Source of the DNA: an uncultured Solibacteraceae bacterium
GTDB taxonomy: Bacteria > Acidobacteriota > Terriglobia > 20CM-2-55-15
Direction: 5' to 3'
Length of the DNA: 49,103 nucleotides
NCBI GenBank assembly: GCA_964584435.1
Contig: CAZOZZ010000002.1
Span: 5,050-54,152 of the forward strand
A program made the position numbers and the translations under genes. Of the stretch, positions 37,914 to 46,083 are shown one piece after another (positions within the stretch are counted from its first letter, which is position 1; the number at the start of each line of letters is the position of its first letter). Below the pieces are notes generated by a model. That model ran no database searches. It worked only from the letters and a program-made list of their open reading frames with translations, and was not told where the DNA came from.

Positions 37914-39593
37914 ATGGGCTTTTTTGAGCAGCACATCCTGACGATTGTGGCTTTCCTGCCGGCGTGCGGGGCCATCGTCCTGATGTTCTTCAACAAGGAG
38001 AACAAGTTTTTGATCCGGGTGTGGGCAAACCTGGTCGCTCTGGCGGGCTTCCTGGTCTCGGTTCCCCTCTTCTTCTTGTTTAACTACGACGATGCCGCCA
38101 CGATGCAGTTTGCCGAGCGAATCACCTGGATCTCTTCCCTGAGTGTCGACTACGCCGTGGGAATCGACGGGATCTCCCTGCTTCTGGTGTTGCTGACAAC
38201 GCTGTTGGGGCCGATCGCGATCCTTTCGTCGTGGGAGTCCATCCAGGATCGATCCAAGGAGTTCTACGCCTTCATGCTGCTCCTGCAGACCGGCATGTTA
38301 GGTGTATTCATCGCTCAGGACTTCTTCATGTTTTACGTCTTCTGGGAAGTCATGCTCGTGCCGATGTATTTCCTGATAGGCATCTGGGGCGGTCCTCGAA
38401 AACTTTACGCCGCGATCAAGTTCTTCTTGTACACCCTTGTCGGTTCAGTCCTTCTGCTGTTGGGCATCCTGGCTCTCTACTTTGAGTATCCCCGTGTGGC
38501 AACGCCTGAGATACTGGCCCAGTTCGGAGAGCGCACTTTCGATATTCTTGCTTTTCATGCGATCGCACCGTACCTGGCCTACGACCTCCAGTGGTGGGTG
38601 TTCCTGGCGTTCTTTGTCGGTTTTGCGATCAAGGTTCCGATGTTCCCGTTCCATACCTGGCTTCCCGATGCCCATGTCCAGGCACCGACCGCCGGGTCTG
38701 TCATCCTTGCCGGTGTCCTGCTGAAGATGGGAACGTACGGTTTCGTTCGGTTCAGCCTTCCGATACTTCCTGAAGCCACTGTGGCGTTCGTGCCCATGAT
38801 GATTGCGCTGTCGATCATCGCGATCGTCTACGGCGCGCTGGTGGCGATGATGCAGAAAGACATGAAGAGCCTGGTCGCCTATTCGTCGGTGAGCCACATG
38901 GGGTTCATCATGCTGGGCATGTTCGCGTTGAACCCAAACGGCCTGAACGGAAGTATTCTGCAGCAGATCAACCACGGTATCTCCACCGGAGCGCTCTTCC
39001 TTATCGTGGGCATCATCTACGAACGGAGACACACTCGTGAAATCGCCGAGTTCGGAGGGTTGTCGTCGATCATGCCGGTGTACGCGACGGTTTTTCTGAT
39101 CATGACGATGTCGTCGATCGGGTTGCCTCTGCTGAACGGGTTCATCGGTGAGTTCGTGATCCTTCAGGGAGCCCTGCAGGTAAACCTGTGGTGGGCTGTT
39201 GCGGGCGCTTCGGGAATCGTCCTGGGTGCTGCCTACATGTTGTGGCTCTATCAGAGAACAATGTTCGGCAAGCTCGACAACCCCGCCAACGAGAAGCTTC
39301 TGGATATGAACTTCCGTGAAGTCGTCACGCTCCTGCCGCTAATCATCATGGCTTTCTGGATCGGACTTTATCCGGCGCCCTTCTTCGATGCGCTGGAGGA
39401 ACCCGTCAACAAGATCGTTGAGGCGGTTCGTCCCGGCTACTTCCAGGCTGAACAGCTCGAGGCGCGAGACGAACCGATAGTCCCGGTCGCCGCCGTTGCC
39501 GAACCCTCAATTTCTGACGACCCCGTTTCGCCGGTGGCCGACGGCGACCAGGCGGGGGGTGATGATGGCGTGGTCGCCGCCAGGGTAAATTAA
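37914..39593 (+). CDS. nuoM: NADH-quinone oxidoreductase subunit M
   Basis: DGISL, FYVFWE, KVPMFPFHTWLPDAH, LLKMGTYG, AYSSVSHMG; acidic C-terminal tail. Confidence 0.97.
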   Translation: MGFFEQHILTIVAFLPACGAIVLMFFNKENKFLIRVWANLVALAGFLVSVPLFFLFNYDDAATMQFAERITWISSLSVDYAVGIDGISLLLVLLTTLLGPIAILSSWESIQDRSKEFYAFMLLLQTGMLGVFIAQDFFMFYVFWEVMLVPMYFLIGIWGGPRKLYAAIKFFLYTLVGSVLLLLGILALYFEYPRVATPEILAQFGERTFDILAFHAIAPYLAYDLQWWVFLAFFVGFAIKVPMFPFHTWLPDAHVQAPTAGSVILAGVLLKMGTYGFVRFSLPILPEATVAFVPMMIALSIIAIVYGALVAMMQKDMKSLVAYSSVSHMGFIMLGMFALNPNGLNGSILQQINHGISTGALFLIVGIIYERRHTREIAEFGGLSSIMPVYATVFLIMTMSSIGLPLLNGFIGEFVILQGALQVNLWWAVAGASGIVLGAAYMLWLYQRTMFGKLDNPANEKLLDMNFREVVTLLPLIIMAFWIGLYPAPFFDALEEPVNKIVEAVRPGYFQAEQLEARDEPIVPVAAVAEPSISDDPVSPVADGDQAGGDDGVVAARVN

Positions 39594-41035
39594 TGGGCGA
39601 GTTTTTCCAACTGCAGGATCTCGGCGCGATCGCGCCCGAATTGGAGTTGACCATTTTCGGGCTGGTCCTTCTGGTAGCCGACCTGATCATCAAGGAAAAG
39701 CGCAGGCTGGGCTACATCGCGCTGGTCGGCCTGGCCGTATCCGGCGCCTTCCTGTTCCGACTGGGAGACATGAATGCTTCGGCATACGGGGGGCAGTTGG
39801 TCGTCGACCCCTTCGCGACCTACTTCAAGTTCATTTTCCTGATCGCATCCGGTCTGGCGATTGCGATCTCCATGCGCTACCTGGACATCGAGCGGGAGCA
39901 CCACGGTGAATATTACGCCCTGATCCTGTTTGCGACTATGGGCATGATGTTCATGGCGGGCGGGACGGACCTGGTGACCCTGTACGTGGGTCTCGAGACG
40001 ATGGCCATCGCCACGTATGTGCTGGTCGGATTCCTCAGGGGAAGCCAACGCTCCAACGAGGCTTCTCTGAAGTACTTTCTGCTCGGGGCTTTTTCATCCG
40101 GCATCCTGCTGTATGGAATGTCGCTCCTCTACGGTATCTCCGGATCGACCAGGCTCGTGGAGATCGCCGAGGCCCTCACCCGCCGCAGCCTGACCGACCC
40201 CATCTCGCTGGTCGCGATGATTACGGTCGCCGCGGGGCTTTTCTTCAAGGTTGCGGCGGTTCCGTTCCATCAATGGACTCCGGATGCGTATGAGGGAGCC
40301 CCGACTTCGGTTACCGCCTACATGTCGGTGGCGGTGAAGGCGGCTTCCTTCGCCATGATGGTGCGGATCTTCATGGTGGCCATTTACCCGCTTCGCGATC
40401 AATGGATTCCAGTCACAGCCGCTGTCTGTGTGATGACGATCACGATTGGCAACATTGCTGCGTTGACCCAAACGAACCTGAAGCGCCTCCTGGCTTATTC
40501 GTCGATTGCGCACGCTGGTTTTGTCCTCCTGGGCCTGATCGCAGGTAACGAAACCGGGATGACTGCTATCGCGATGTACCTGCTCGTATACACGTTCATG
40601 AACCTGGGTGCCTGGTCGGTGATCGTGGCGCTGAGAAGGCGGGACGTGATTGGGGAGCACCTGGATGAGTTGAACGGCCTGTTCTTCAAGCACCCCGTCG
40701 CCGCCCTGACGATGCTGGTCTTTATGCTGTCGTTGGCCGGTATACCTCCGACGGCGGGCTTCGTAGCCAAGTACTTCCTCTTTGCAGCAGTCATCGAAAC
40801 AGGGCACACGACGCTGGCGGTCATCGCCGCGCTGAACGTCGCGGTTTCGCTCTATTACTACATGCGCATCGTCGTCGCGATGTTCATCTCCGAGGCGACC
40901 GAAAAGACAGGTCTCAGCCTGCCTCCTGGACTCGTCTCCGTCCTTGCAATCACCCTGATCTTCACGCTCCTGATCGGACTCTACCCCGATCCTTTCATCA
41001 ATTGGGCGCATCAGGCGACTGCAGGGTTTTACTAG
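39593..41035 (+). CDS. nuoN: NADH-quinone oxidoreductase subunit N
   Basis: EASLKYF, FKVAAVPFHQWTPDAYEGAP, KRLLAYSSIAH, SLAGIPPTAGFVAK. Confidence 0.97.
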   Translation: MGEFFQLQDLGAIAPELELTIFGLVLLVADLIIKEKRRLGYIALVGLAVSGAFLFRLGDMNASAYGGQLVVDPFATYFKFIFLIASGLAIAISMRYLDIEREHHGEYYALILFATMGMMFMAGGTDLVTLYVGLETMAIATYVLVGFLRGSQRSNEASLKYFLLGAFSSGILLYGMSLLYGISGSTRLVEIAEALTRRSLTDPISLVAMITVAAGLFFKVAAVPFHQWTPDAYEGAPTSVTAYMSVAVKAASFAMMVRIFMVAIYPLRDQWIPVTAAVCVMTITIGNIAALTQTNLKRLLAYSSIAHAGFVLLGLIAGNETGMTAIAMYLLVYTFMNLGAWSVIVALRRRDVIGEHLDELNGLFFKHPVAALTMLVFMLSLAGIPPTAGFVAKYFLFAAVIETGHTTLAVIAALNVAVSLYYYMRIVVAMFISEATEKTGLSLPPGLVSVLAITLIFTLLIGLYPDPFINWAHQATAGFY

Positions 41036-41105
41036 TTGCCAGTAGTCAAAGGACTGTCCCTCGGTTGTCCGACAACTGGCCACTGACAACTGACCACTGG
41101 CAACT
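41034..41105. repeat. Inverted heptamer arrays (AGTRGYC / GACCACT)
   Basis: agttgccagtagtca pairs 14/15 with tgaccactggcaact; begins inside the nuoN TAG. Confidence 0.8.
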
Positions 41106-41113
41106 TCCCCAAA

Positions 41114-42583
41114 ATGTCCAACCTGCGCATTTACCGCGATTCACTCTCCCTTCTCACGGATCTCTACGAACTCACGATGGCCTACTCGTATTGGAAGGCG
41201 GGTATCGCGGACCGTCAGGCGGTTTTCTGCGTTTTCTTTCGTGAGCATCCATTTCGCGGCGGATACACGATCGCTGCGGGATTGGGTTCCCTCGTGGAAT
41301 GGATCGAGCGACTGCGTTTCGACGAAGAAGACCTCAGTTATCTGGCGGGATTGACCGGGAACGACGGCAAGCCTCTTTTTGAAAAAGGTTTCCTGGCGCA
41401 CCTCCGCAACCTGGAGTTTTCCTTCGACATCGATGCCATGCCGGAAGGCACTGTCGTTTTTCCCCGCCAGCCATTGGTGCGAGTCACCGGTTCTATCCTC
41501 CAGTGCCAGATCCTGGAGACCGCAGTCCTGAACCTCGTTAACTTTCAGTCGTTGATTGCCACCAAGGCCGCACGCGTCTGCATGGCGGCCCGGGGCGATC
41601 CCGTCATCGAGTTCGGTCTTCGCAGAGCCCAGGGCATTGATGGTGGCCTGACCGCGAGTCGAGCCGCCTACCTCGGCGGATGTGAGGCGACATCGAACCT
41701 TCTCGCCGGAAAGCTGTTCGACATCCCGGTCAAGGGGACGCTGGCTCACAGTTGGGTGATGTGTTTTGACAACGAAGCCGAATCGTTCGAGGTTTATGCG
41801 GCTGCCATGCCCAACAACTGCGTGTTTCTGGTCGACACATACGACTCACTGGATGGCGTGCACAATGCGGTCCGGGTTGGCCGATGGCTCAGCGAGCGCG
41901 GCCACCGCATGGTCGGGATTCGTCTGGATTCGGGTGATCTGGCGTACCTCAGCCTTGAAGCCCGCCGCATTCTCGACGATGCGGGTTTCAGGGACGCCGC
42001 CATCGTTGCCAGCAATAACCTGGATGAGGGCCTTATTTCGGGCCTTAAAGAACAGGATGCGACGATCGGAGTGTGGGGAGTTGGAACGCAACTGGTAACC
42101 GCGTTTGACGAACCGGCTCTGGGGGGCGTCTACAAGCTGACGGCGGTCCGGGACTCTTCCCGGGATCGCTGGACGTACAAGATCAAGCTCTCCGAACAGG
42201 TGAACAAGGCTTCGATTCCCGGCGTCCTGCAGGTGCGGCGATACCATACCGAGTCTGAGTTTCTGGCGGACGTCATGTACGATGAGCAGATGGGCATAGA
42301 CGACGCCGGAGTTGTCATCGACCCCACCGACGTGACCAGGCGGAAACAGATCCCTGTCGGATCCCAGTCGACCGATCTGCTTGTTCCGGTGTTTCGGGCA
42401 GGGAAACGCGTGATGGAGATGCCTGCCCTCGTTCGATCGAGACAACGCGCGGCCGACCAGTTGAGTCGCCTCCACACAGGTACCAAGCGGTTGGTCAATC
42501 CCCACGAGTACCCTGCGGGATTGGCGGAGAACCTTTTCGAACTCCGGAACAACCTGATCCTGGAGTTGAAGCAAAAACCGTGA
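41114..42583 (+). CDS. pncB: Nicotinate phosphoribosyltransferase
   Basis: LLTDLYELTM, EFGLRRAQG, GTLAHSW, LVDTYD, IRLDSGD, GVYKL. Confidence 0.96.
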   Translation: MSNLRIYRDSLSLLTDLYELTMAYSYWKAGIADRQAVFCVFFREHPFRGGYTIAAGLGSLVEWIERLRFDEEDLSYLAGLTGNDGKPLFEKGFLAHLRNLEFSFDIDAMPEGTVVFPRQPLVRVTGSILQCQILETAVLNLVNFQSLIATKAARVCMAARGDPVIEFGLRRAQGIDGGLTASRAAYLGGCEATSNLLAGKLFDIPVKGTLAHSWVMCFDNEAESFEVYAAAMPNNCVFLVDTYDSLDGVHNAVRVGRWLSERGHRMVGIRLDSGDLAYLSLEARRILDDAGFRDAAIVASNNLDEGLISGLKEQDATIGVWGVGTQLVTAFDEPALGGVYKLTAVRDSSRDRWTYKIKLSEQVNKASIPGVLQVRRYHTESEFLADVMYDEQMGIDDAGVVIDPTDVTRRKQIPVGSQSTDLLVPVFRAGKRVMEMPALVRSRQRAADQLSRLHTGTKRLVNPHEYPAGLAENLFELRNNLILELKQKP

Positions 42584-43194
42584 AAGCTCTGATTCTGGTC
42601 GACCTGCAGAACGACTTCATGCCGAGTGGAGCACTGGCGGTTCCTCATGGCGATCTTGTGGTGCCGGTCGCGAATGCGGTTCAGCGGCGTTTCGACCTGG
42701 TCGTGGCGACCGCGGACTGGCATCCGGCTGACCACAGCAGCTTTGCGGCGAACCATCCGGGCCACGGTGTCGGAGAAGTGATCGAGATAGACGGTGTCAG
42801 CCAGGTCTTGTGGCCCGTCCATTGTGTCCAGAATTCGCAAGGCGCGGAACTGGTGGCCACTCTGGACAAAGACCGAATCCGCAAGATCTTCTACAAGGGA
42901 ACAGACCCTTCGATTGATAGCTACAGTACTTTTTTCGACAATCTTCACATGCAATCTACCGGTCTGGGAGACTATCTCGGTGAGTGCAAAGTCGATCACG
43001 TCTATCTGCTCGGCCTGGCGACGGACTACTGCGTCAAGTTCAGTGCTCTGGACGCCCGAAGCCTGGGATTTCGAACGACAGTTGTCCGGGATGGGTGCCG
43101 GGGAGTGGAGTTGAACGCCGGAGACGTCGAGGCTGCTATGGAGGAGATGGTGGTGGCGGGTGTGGAACTGTCATCGAGTGATGATTGCCTTTGA
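42580..43194 (+). CDS. pncA: Nicotinamidase/pyrazinamidase
   Basis: VDLQNDF, DWHP, WPVHCVQ, KGT, YSTF, GLATDYCV. Confidence 0.96.
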   Translation: MKALILVDLQNDFMPSGALAVPHGDLVVPVANAVQRRFDLVVATADWHPADHSSFAANHPGHGVGEVIEIDGVSQVLWPVHCVQNSQGAELVATLDKDRIRKIFYKGTDPSIDSYSTFFDNLHMQSTGLGDYLGECKVDHVYLLGLATDYCVKFSALDARSLGFRTTVVRDGCRGVELNAGDVEAAMEEMVVAGVELSSSDDCL

Positions 43195-43239
43195 GAAACC
43201 TGCGATTTAGGGGTTTCAACGCAAAGCCCGCAAAAGTAG

Positions 43240-43311
43240 ATGTAGGTGCGGTCTATGACCGCATGTGTTCTCGATCGCAAGTAAGTGTGCGGTCATAGAC
43301 CGCACCTACAT
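43240..43311. repeat. GTAG-family REP doublet (REPIN-like), perfect 24-bp inverted repeat
   Basis: atGTAGgtgcggtc-tat-gaccgca (43240-43263) and tgcggtcatagaccgcacCTACat (43288-43311). Confidence 0.85.
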
Positions 43312-43334
43312 GTCGGAATGAGTTGGGAGGGCCC

Positions 43335-43373
43335 GAAAAGACGAACGCCCGGCCGAATGGTGACCGGGCGTTC
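43335..43373 (-). terminator. Hairpin terminator for the minus-strand lipoprotein gene
   Basis: Perfect 10-bp stem gaacgcccgg/ccgggcgttc followed by gtcttttc on the minus strand. Confidence 0.6.
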
Positions 43374-43393
43374 CGTTACTCTCTGATTACGTT

Positions 43394-43996
43394 CTAGGTG
43401 TTGCCCGAAGCGTCACGGTACTCTTCGAATCGAATCGCGTTGATCGTTTGACCCTGAACGTCGTACTGGATGAATCGGATACCACGGTCTGCGTAGATGT
43501 AATCCGTTTCGTTCGCATCCGCGATTTCTTCCGTACCCTGCTCCTCACCGAGCAGTTCCCGCATTTCGTCCAGATCACCACTCTTCAAAAGACTCTTCAG
43601 CTTTTCGTCCGCAAGCTCATCCGCGAAAAACGATGTGATCTCGATCTTTCGAGCCTTGCCGGTCAGCTTGAAGGTGTGGATCACGAGTCCTCCGTTCTGG
43701 TAGGCCGTGATGTAATCCTGATCGCCGGTTCGCGTGTTGACGACATCTCCGAGATTTTCTTCAACACTTCGGGTGACGTCACCGACCTTGATGCCCAGCA
43801 CGCTGATGTTACGGCTCGTGAAGGCGGGTTCCTCGACGGTGACCTCCTGCTCGGTCAGTTCGTAGACCGGCGGGGGCGGCTCCGGAGGTGGCGCGGCCTC
43901 TTCTTCCTCTTCAACGGGCGCTGGTGGAGCCCCGCATCCGGCAAGAGACAGGACCAATACGCCTAGAATGCAAAACAGCGTTGTCCGTTTTAACAT
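43394..43996 (-). CDS. Hypothetical lipoprotein
   Basis: SD gaaggagg; MLKR plus hydrophobic stretch plus LAGC lipobox; Pro/Glu-rich linker; globular acidic domain. Confidence 0.8.
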   Translation of the reverse strand: MLKRTTLFCILGVLVLSLAGCGAPPAPVEEEEEAAPPPEPPPPVYELTEQEVTVEEPAFTSRNISVLGIKVGDVTRSVEENLGDVVNTRTGDQDYITAYQNGGLVIHTFKLTGKARKIEITSFFADELADEKLKSLLKSGDLDEMRELLGEEQGTEEIADANETDYIYADRGIRFIQYDVQGQTINAIRFEEYRDASGNT

Positions 43997-44085
43997 TGAG
44001 TTCCTCCTTCAGACATCGACATAAATGGTTTTAGAGCAAAGACTTTCGTGCTTTAGCCGTGCGATTATATAACAATGGTAGGGGC

Positions 44086-44307
44086 ATGGATAGCAGAAAA
44101 GATAAGCGGGAGGCCTACCAGCAGTTGGGCGTTTTGGCCAGTGCGGGGATGGTCTTTCCGGTGTCGATCGCAATTGGGTATGCGATGGGCTATTATCTGG
44201 ATCGGTGGCTGGGAACTACCTTCCTGACCGTCGTTTTTCTTTTGTTCGGAATTGCCGCCGGATTTGTGAGTTTCTTCAGGGCGATTTCGAAGATTGACAA
44301 GATTTGA
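44086..44307 (+). CDS. atpZ: AtpZ/AtpI (ATPase gene 1) family protein
   Basis: GYAMGYYLDRWLGT, LLFGIAAGF; two TMs; first gene of the atp cluster. Confidence 0.85.
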   Translation: MDSRKDKREAYQQLGVLASAGMVFPVSIAIGYAMGYYLDRWLGTTFLTVVFLLFGIAAGFVSFFRAISKIDKI

Positions 44308-44312
44308 GGGGG

Positions 44313-44465
44313 ATGGGGGAGTCCAAGCATCCAAGGTCCAAGGTCCAAAGTCGGGGGATGAGGACCGCGGCGGGTCTCGCCGGACTCCTCCGGACTTAGA
44401 TCGCAATGTACGGGCGGGCGTTTCCCCGACTTTTGACCTTGGACTTTGGACCTCCGACGCCCCAT
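44313..44465. repeat. Inverted heptamer arrays (GTCCAAG / CTTGGAC)
   Basis: gtccaagcatccaaggtccaaggtccaaagtcgggg ... ccccgacttttgaccttggactttggacctccgac. Confidence 0.85.
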
Positions 44466-44470
44466 GTCTC

Positions 44471-44875
44471 ATGTACGATTTCTATCAACAGTTTGAGAAG
44501 CGCGTGGATCGCACGAACCTCGTCGTTGTTGTCGCGGCGGTAGGCTTGGCGCTGGCCCTCCATTCCGCTAAGGGGGCCCTGAGCGTGGGGGTAGGAGGAG
44601 CGATTTCCTACATCAACTTTCTCTGGCTCAAGAGGGCCGTGGACTACATTGTTCTCAATGGCGGGCAAGGGGAGGTCGGGCGTTGGGTGCGGCTGCAATA
44701 CATCGGCCGGTACGCGTTGATCGGTCTGGGCCTGTATGTTACGATTCGTTTTACACTCTTGGACCTGGCCCTCCTTCTGGCCGGCGTCTTTTCATACGTC
44801 CTTGCCGTACTTCTCGAATGTTTTTTCGAAATCGGCAGATCCTTGTTTCGAGTAGATCAGAATGGAAGAACATGA
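44471..44875 (+). CDS. atpI: ATP synthase protein I
   Basis: Four TMs, GGAISYINFLWL, RYALI; overlaps the atpB start. Start set at MYDFY. Confidence 0.78.
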   Translation: MYDFYQQFEKRVDRTNLVVVVAAVGLALALHSAKGALSVGVGGAISYINFLWLKRAVDYIVLNGGQGEVGRWVRLQYIGRYALIGLGLYVTIRFTLLDLALLLAGVFSYVLAVLLECFFEIGRSLFRVDQNGRT

Positions 44876-45593
44876 GCTGTGGATCGTAGGGTTTGTCAAC
44901 GAACTGCTCGGCCCCCCGATCGCTTCGTTGTTGGGTCTTCATTTCGTCGAAGGCGAGCACATTATCCCGATGCAGGTTGTCATGGCAACGATTTCGTTGC
45001 TGGTCTGTCTGGCGTTTTTTGGATTTCTCAGTACCCGGCTGTCGGTTGAGAACCCAGGCAAGCTGCAGCAGGTGATGGAAGTCATCGTAGAGTTCCTGGA
45101 CGCCCAGCTCCTGGATATCATCGGCGAAGAGGGACGGAAGTTCCTCAAGGTGGTTGGAACAGTTGGCATCTTTATACTTTTTTCAAACTTAGTGGGTCTG
45201 ATCCCGGGCATGGCCGCCCCAACAAGCAACGTCAATGTCCCGGCGGGTTGTGGTATTATCGTATTTCTTTACTATAACTTGCAGGGGATGAGGAAGCACG
45301 GCGTACTCAAGTACCTGAAGCACTTCCTGGGCCCCGTATGGTGGCTTTCACCACTGATGCTTCCAATAGAGATCATCAGTCACCTGGCGCGGCCGTTTTC
45401 ACTCACGATTCGACTCTTTGCAAATATATTTGCCGAAGAAACGGTCATTCTCGTCTTCTTCGGAATGTTTCCGCTGCTTCTACCGTTGCCGTTCATGGCC
45501 TATGCCATTTTTGGCGCTGTGTTGCAGACTTTCATATTTGTGACTCTTACGATGGTTTACCTGGCCGGCGCCGTAGTTACCGAGGAACATTAG
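44862..45593 (+). CDS. atpB: F0F1 ATP synthase subunit a
   Basis: PGKLQ, NLVGLIPG, PIEIISHLARPFSLTIRLFANI, LQTFIF. Confidence 0.96.
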   Translation: MEEHELWIVGFVNELLGPPIASLLGLHFVEGEHIIPMQVVMATISLLVCLAFFGFLSTRLSVENPGKLQQVMEVIVEFLDAQLLDIIGEEGRKFLKVVGTVGIFILFSNLVGLIPGMAAPTSNVNVPAGCGIIVFLYYNLQGMRKHGVLKYLKHFLGPVWWLSPLMLPIEIISHLARPFSLTIRLFANIFAEETVILVFFGMFPLLLPLPFMAYAIFGAVLQTFIFVTLTMVYLAGAVVTEEH

Positions 45594-45691
45594 GAAACAC
45601 GTCGTTGGCTCGTCTCGCTGCATGTGTGAGGCCGACTGTACGAGGGATGTTCGGCAACCACCTCCATGTGGCATTTTTATAAGGAGCAAGA

Positions 45692-46003
45692 GTGAGAAAA
45701 CTGTATGCCGGTTTGATGTTGTCTTTCATTGTGTTGGCCTTCGCCACGCCCGTGTTTGCACAGGGTGAGGGCGACGGCGGCTCGTCGGTTAACTGGGTGG
45801 CGATAACGTCCGGTTTCTCGATGGCCATCGCTTCGGCGATCTGCGGACTCGCCCAGGGTAAGGCGATCTCCGCCGCGTGCGAGGGCCTGGCCCGTAATCC
45901 GGGTGCCGCCCCTGCGATTCGTTTTGCGCTGATTCTGGGTCTTGCGCTGATTGAATCTCTGGCGCTCTATACCCTGCTGATTATTTTCTTGAAGGTTGTC
46001 TGA
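45692..46003 (+). CDS. atpE: F0F1 ATP synthase subunit c with an N-terminal signal-peptide-like extension
   Basis: SD aaggag; GLAQG, ARNP loop, LIESLALY. Confidence 0.95.
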   Translation: MRKLYAGLMLSFIVLAFATPVFAQGEGDGGSSVNWVAITSGFSMAIASAICGLAQGKAISAACEGLARNPGAAPAIRFALILGLALIESLALYTLLIIFLKVV

Positions 46004-46033
46004 GCCCTTCGAGAACGGTTGAATAGGAATTTG

Positions 46034-46073
46034 AAGCGGCGAACGGGTCATACCCGGTCGCCGCTTTTTTCTT
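46034..46073 (+). terminator. Intrinsic terminator after atpE
   Basis: aagcggcga...tcgccgctt stem followed by a T-tract. Confidence 0.8.
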
Positions 46074-46083
46074 CAGGGGAGAT

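Noticed and set aside
45594-45691. Structured RNA between atpB and atpE
   Set aside because: Only a weak imperfect hairpin is visible; an RNA call cannot be supported without covariation data.
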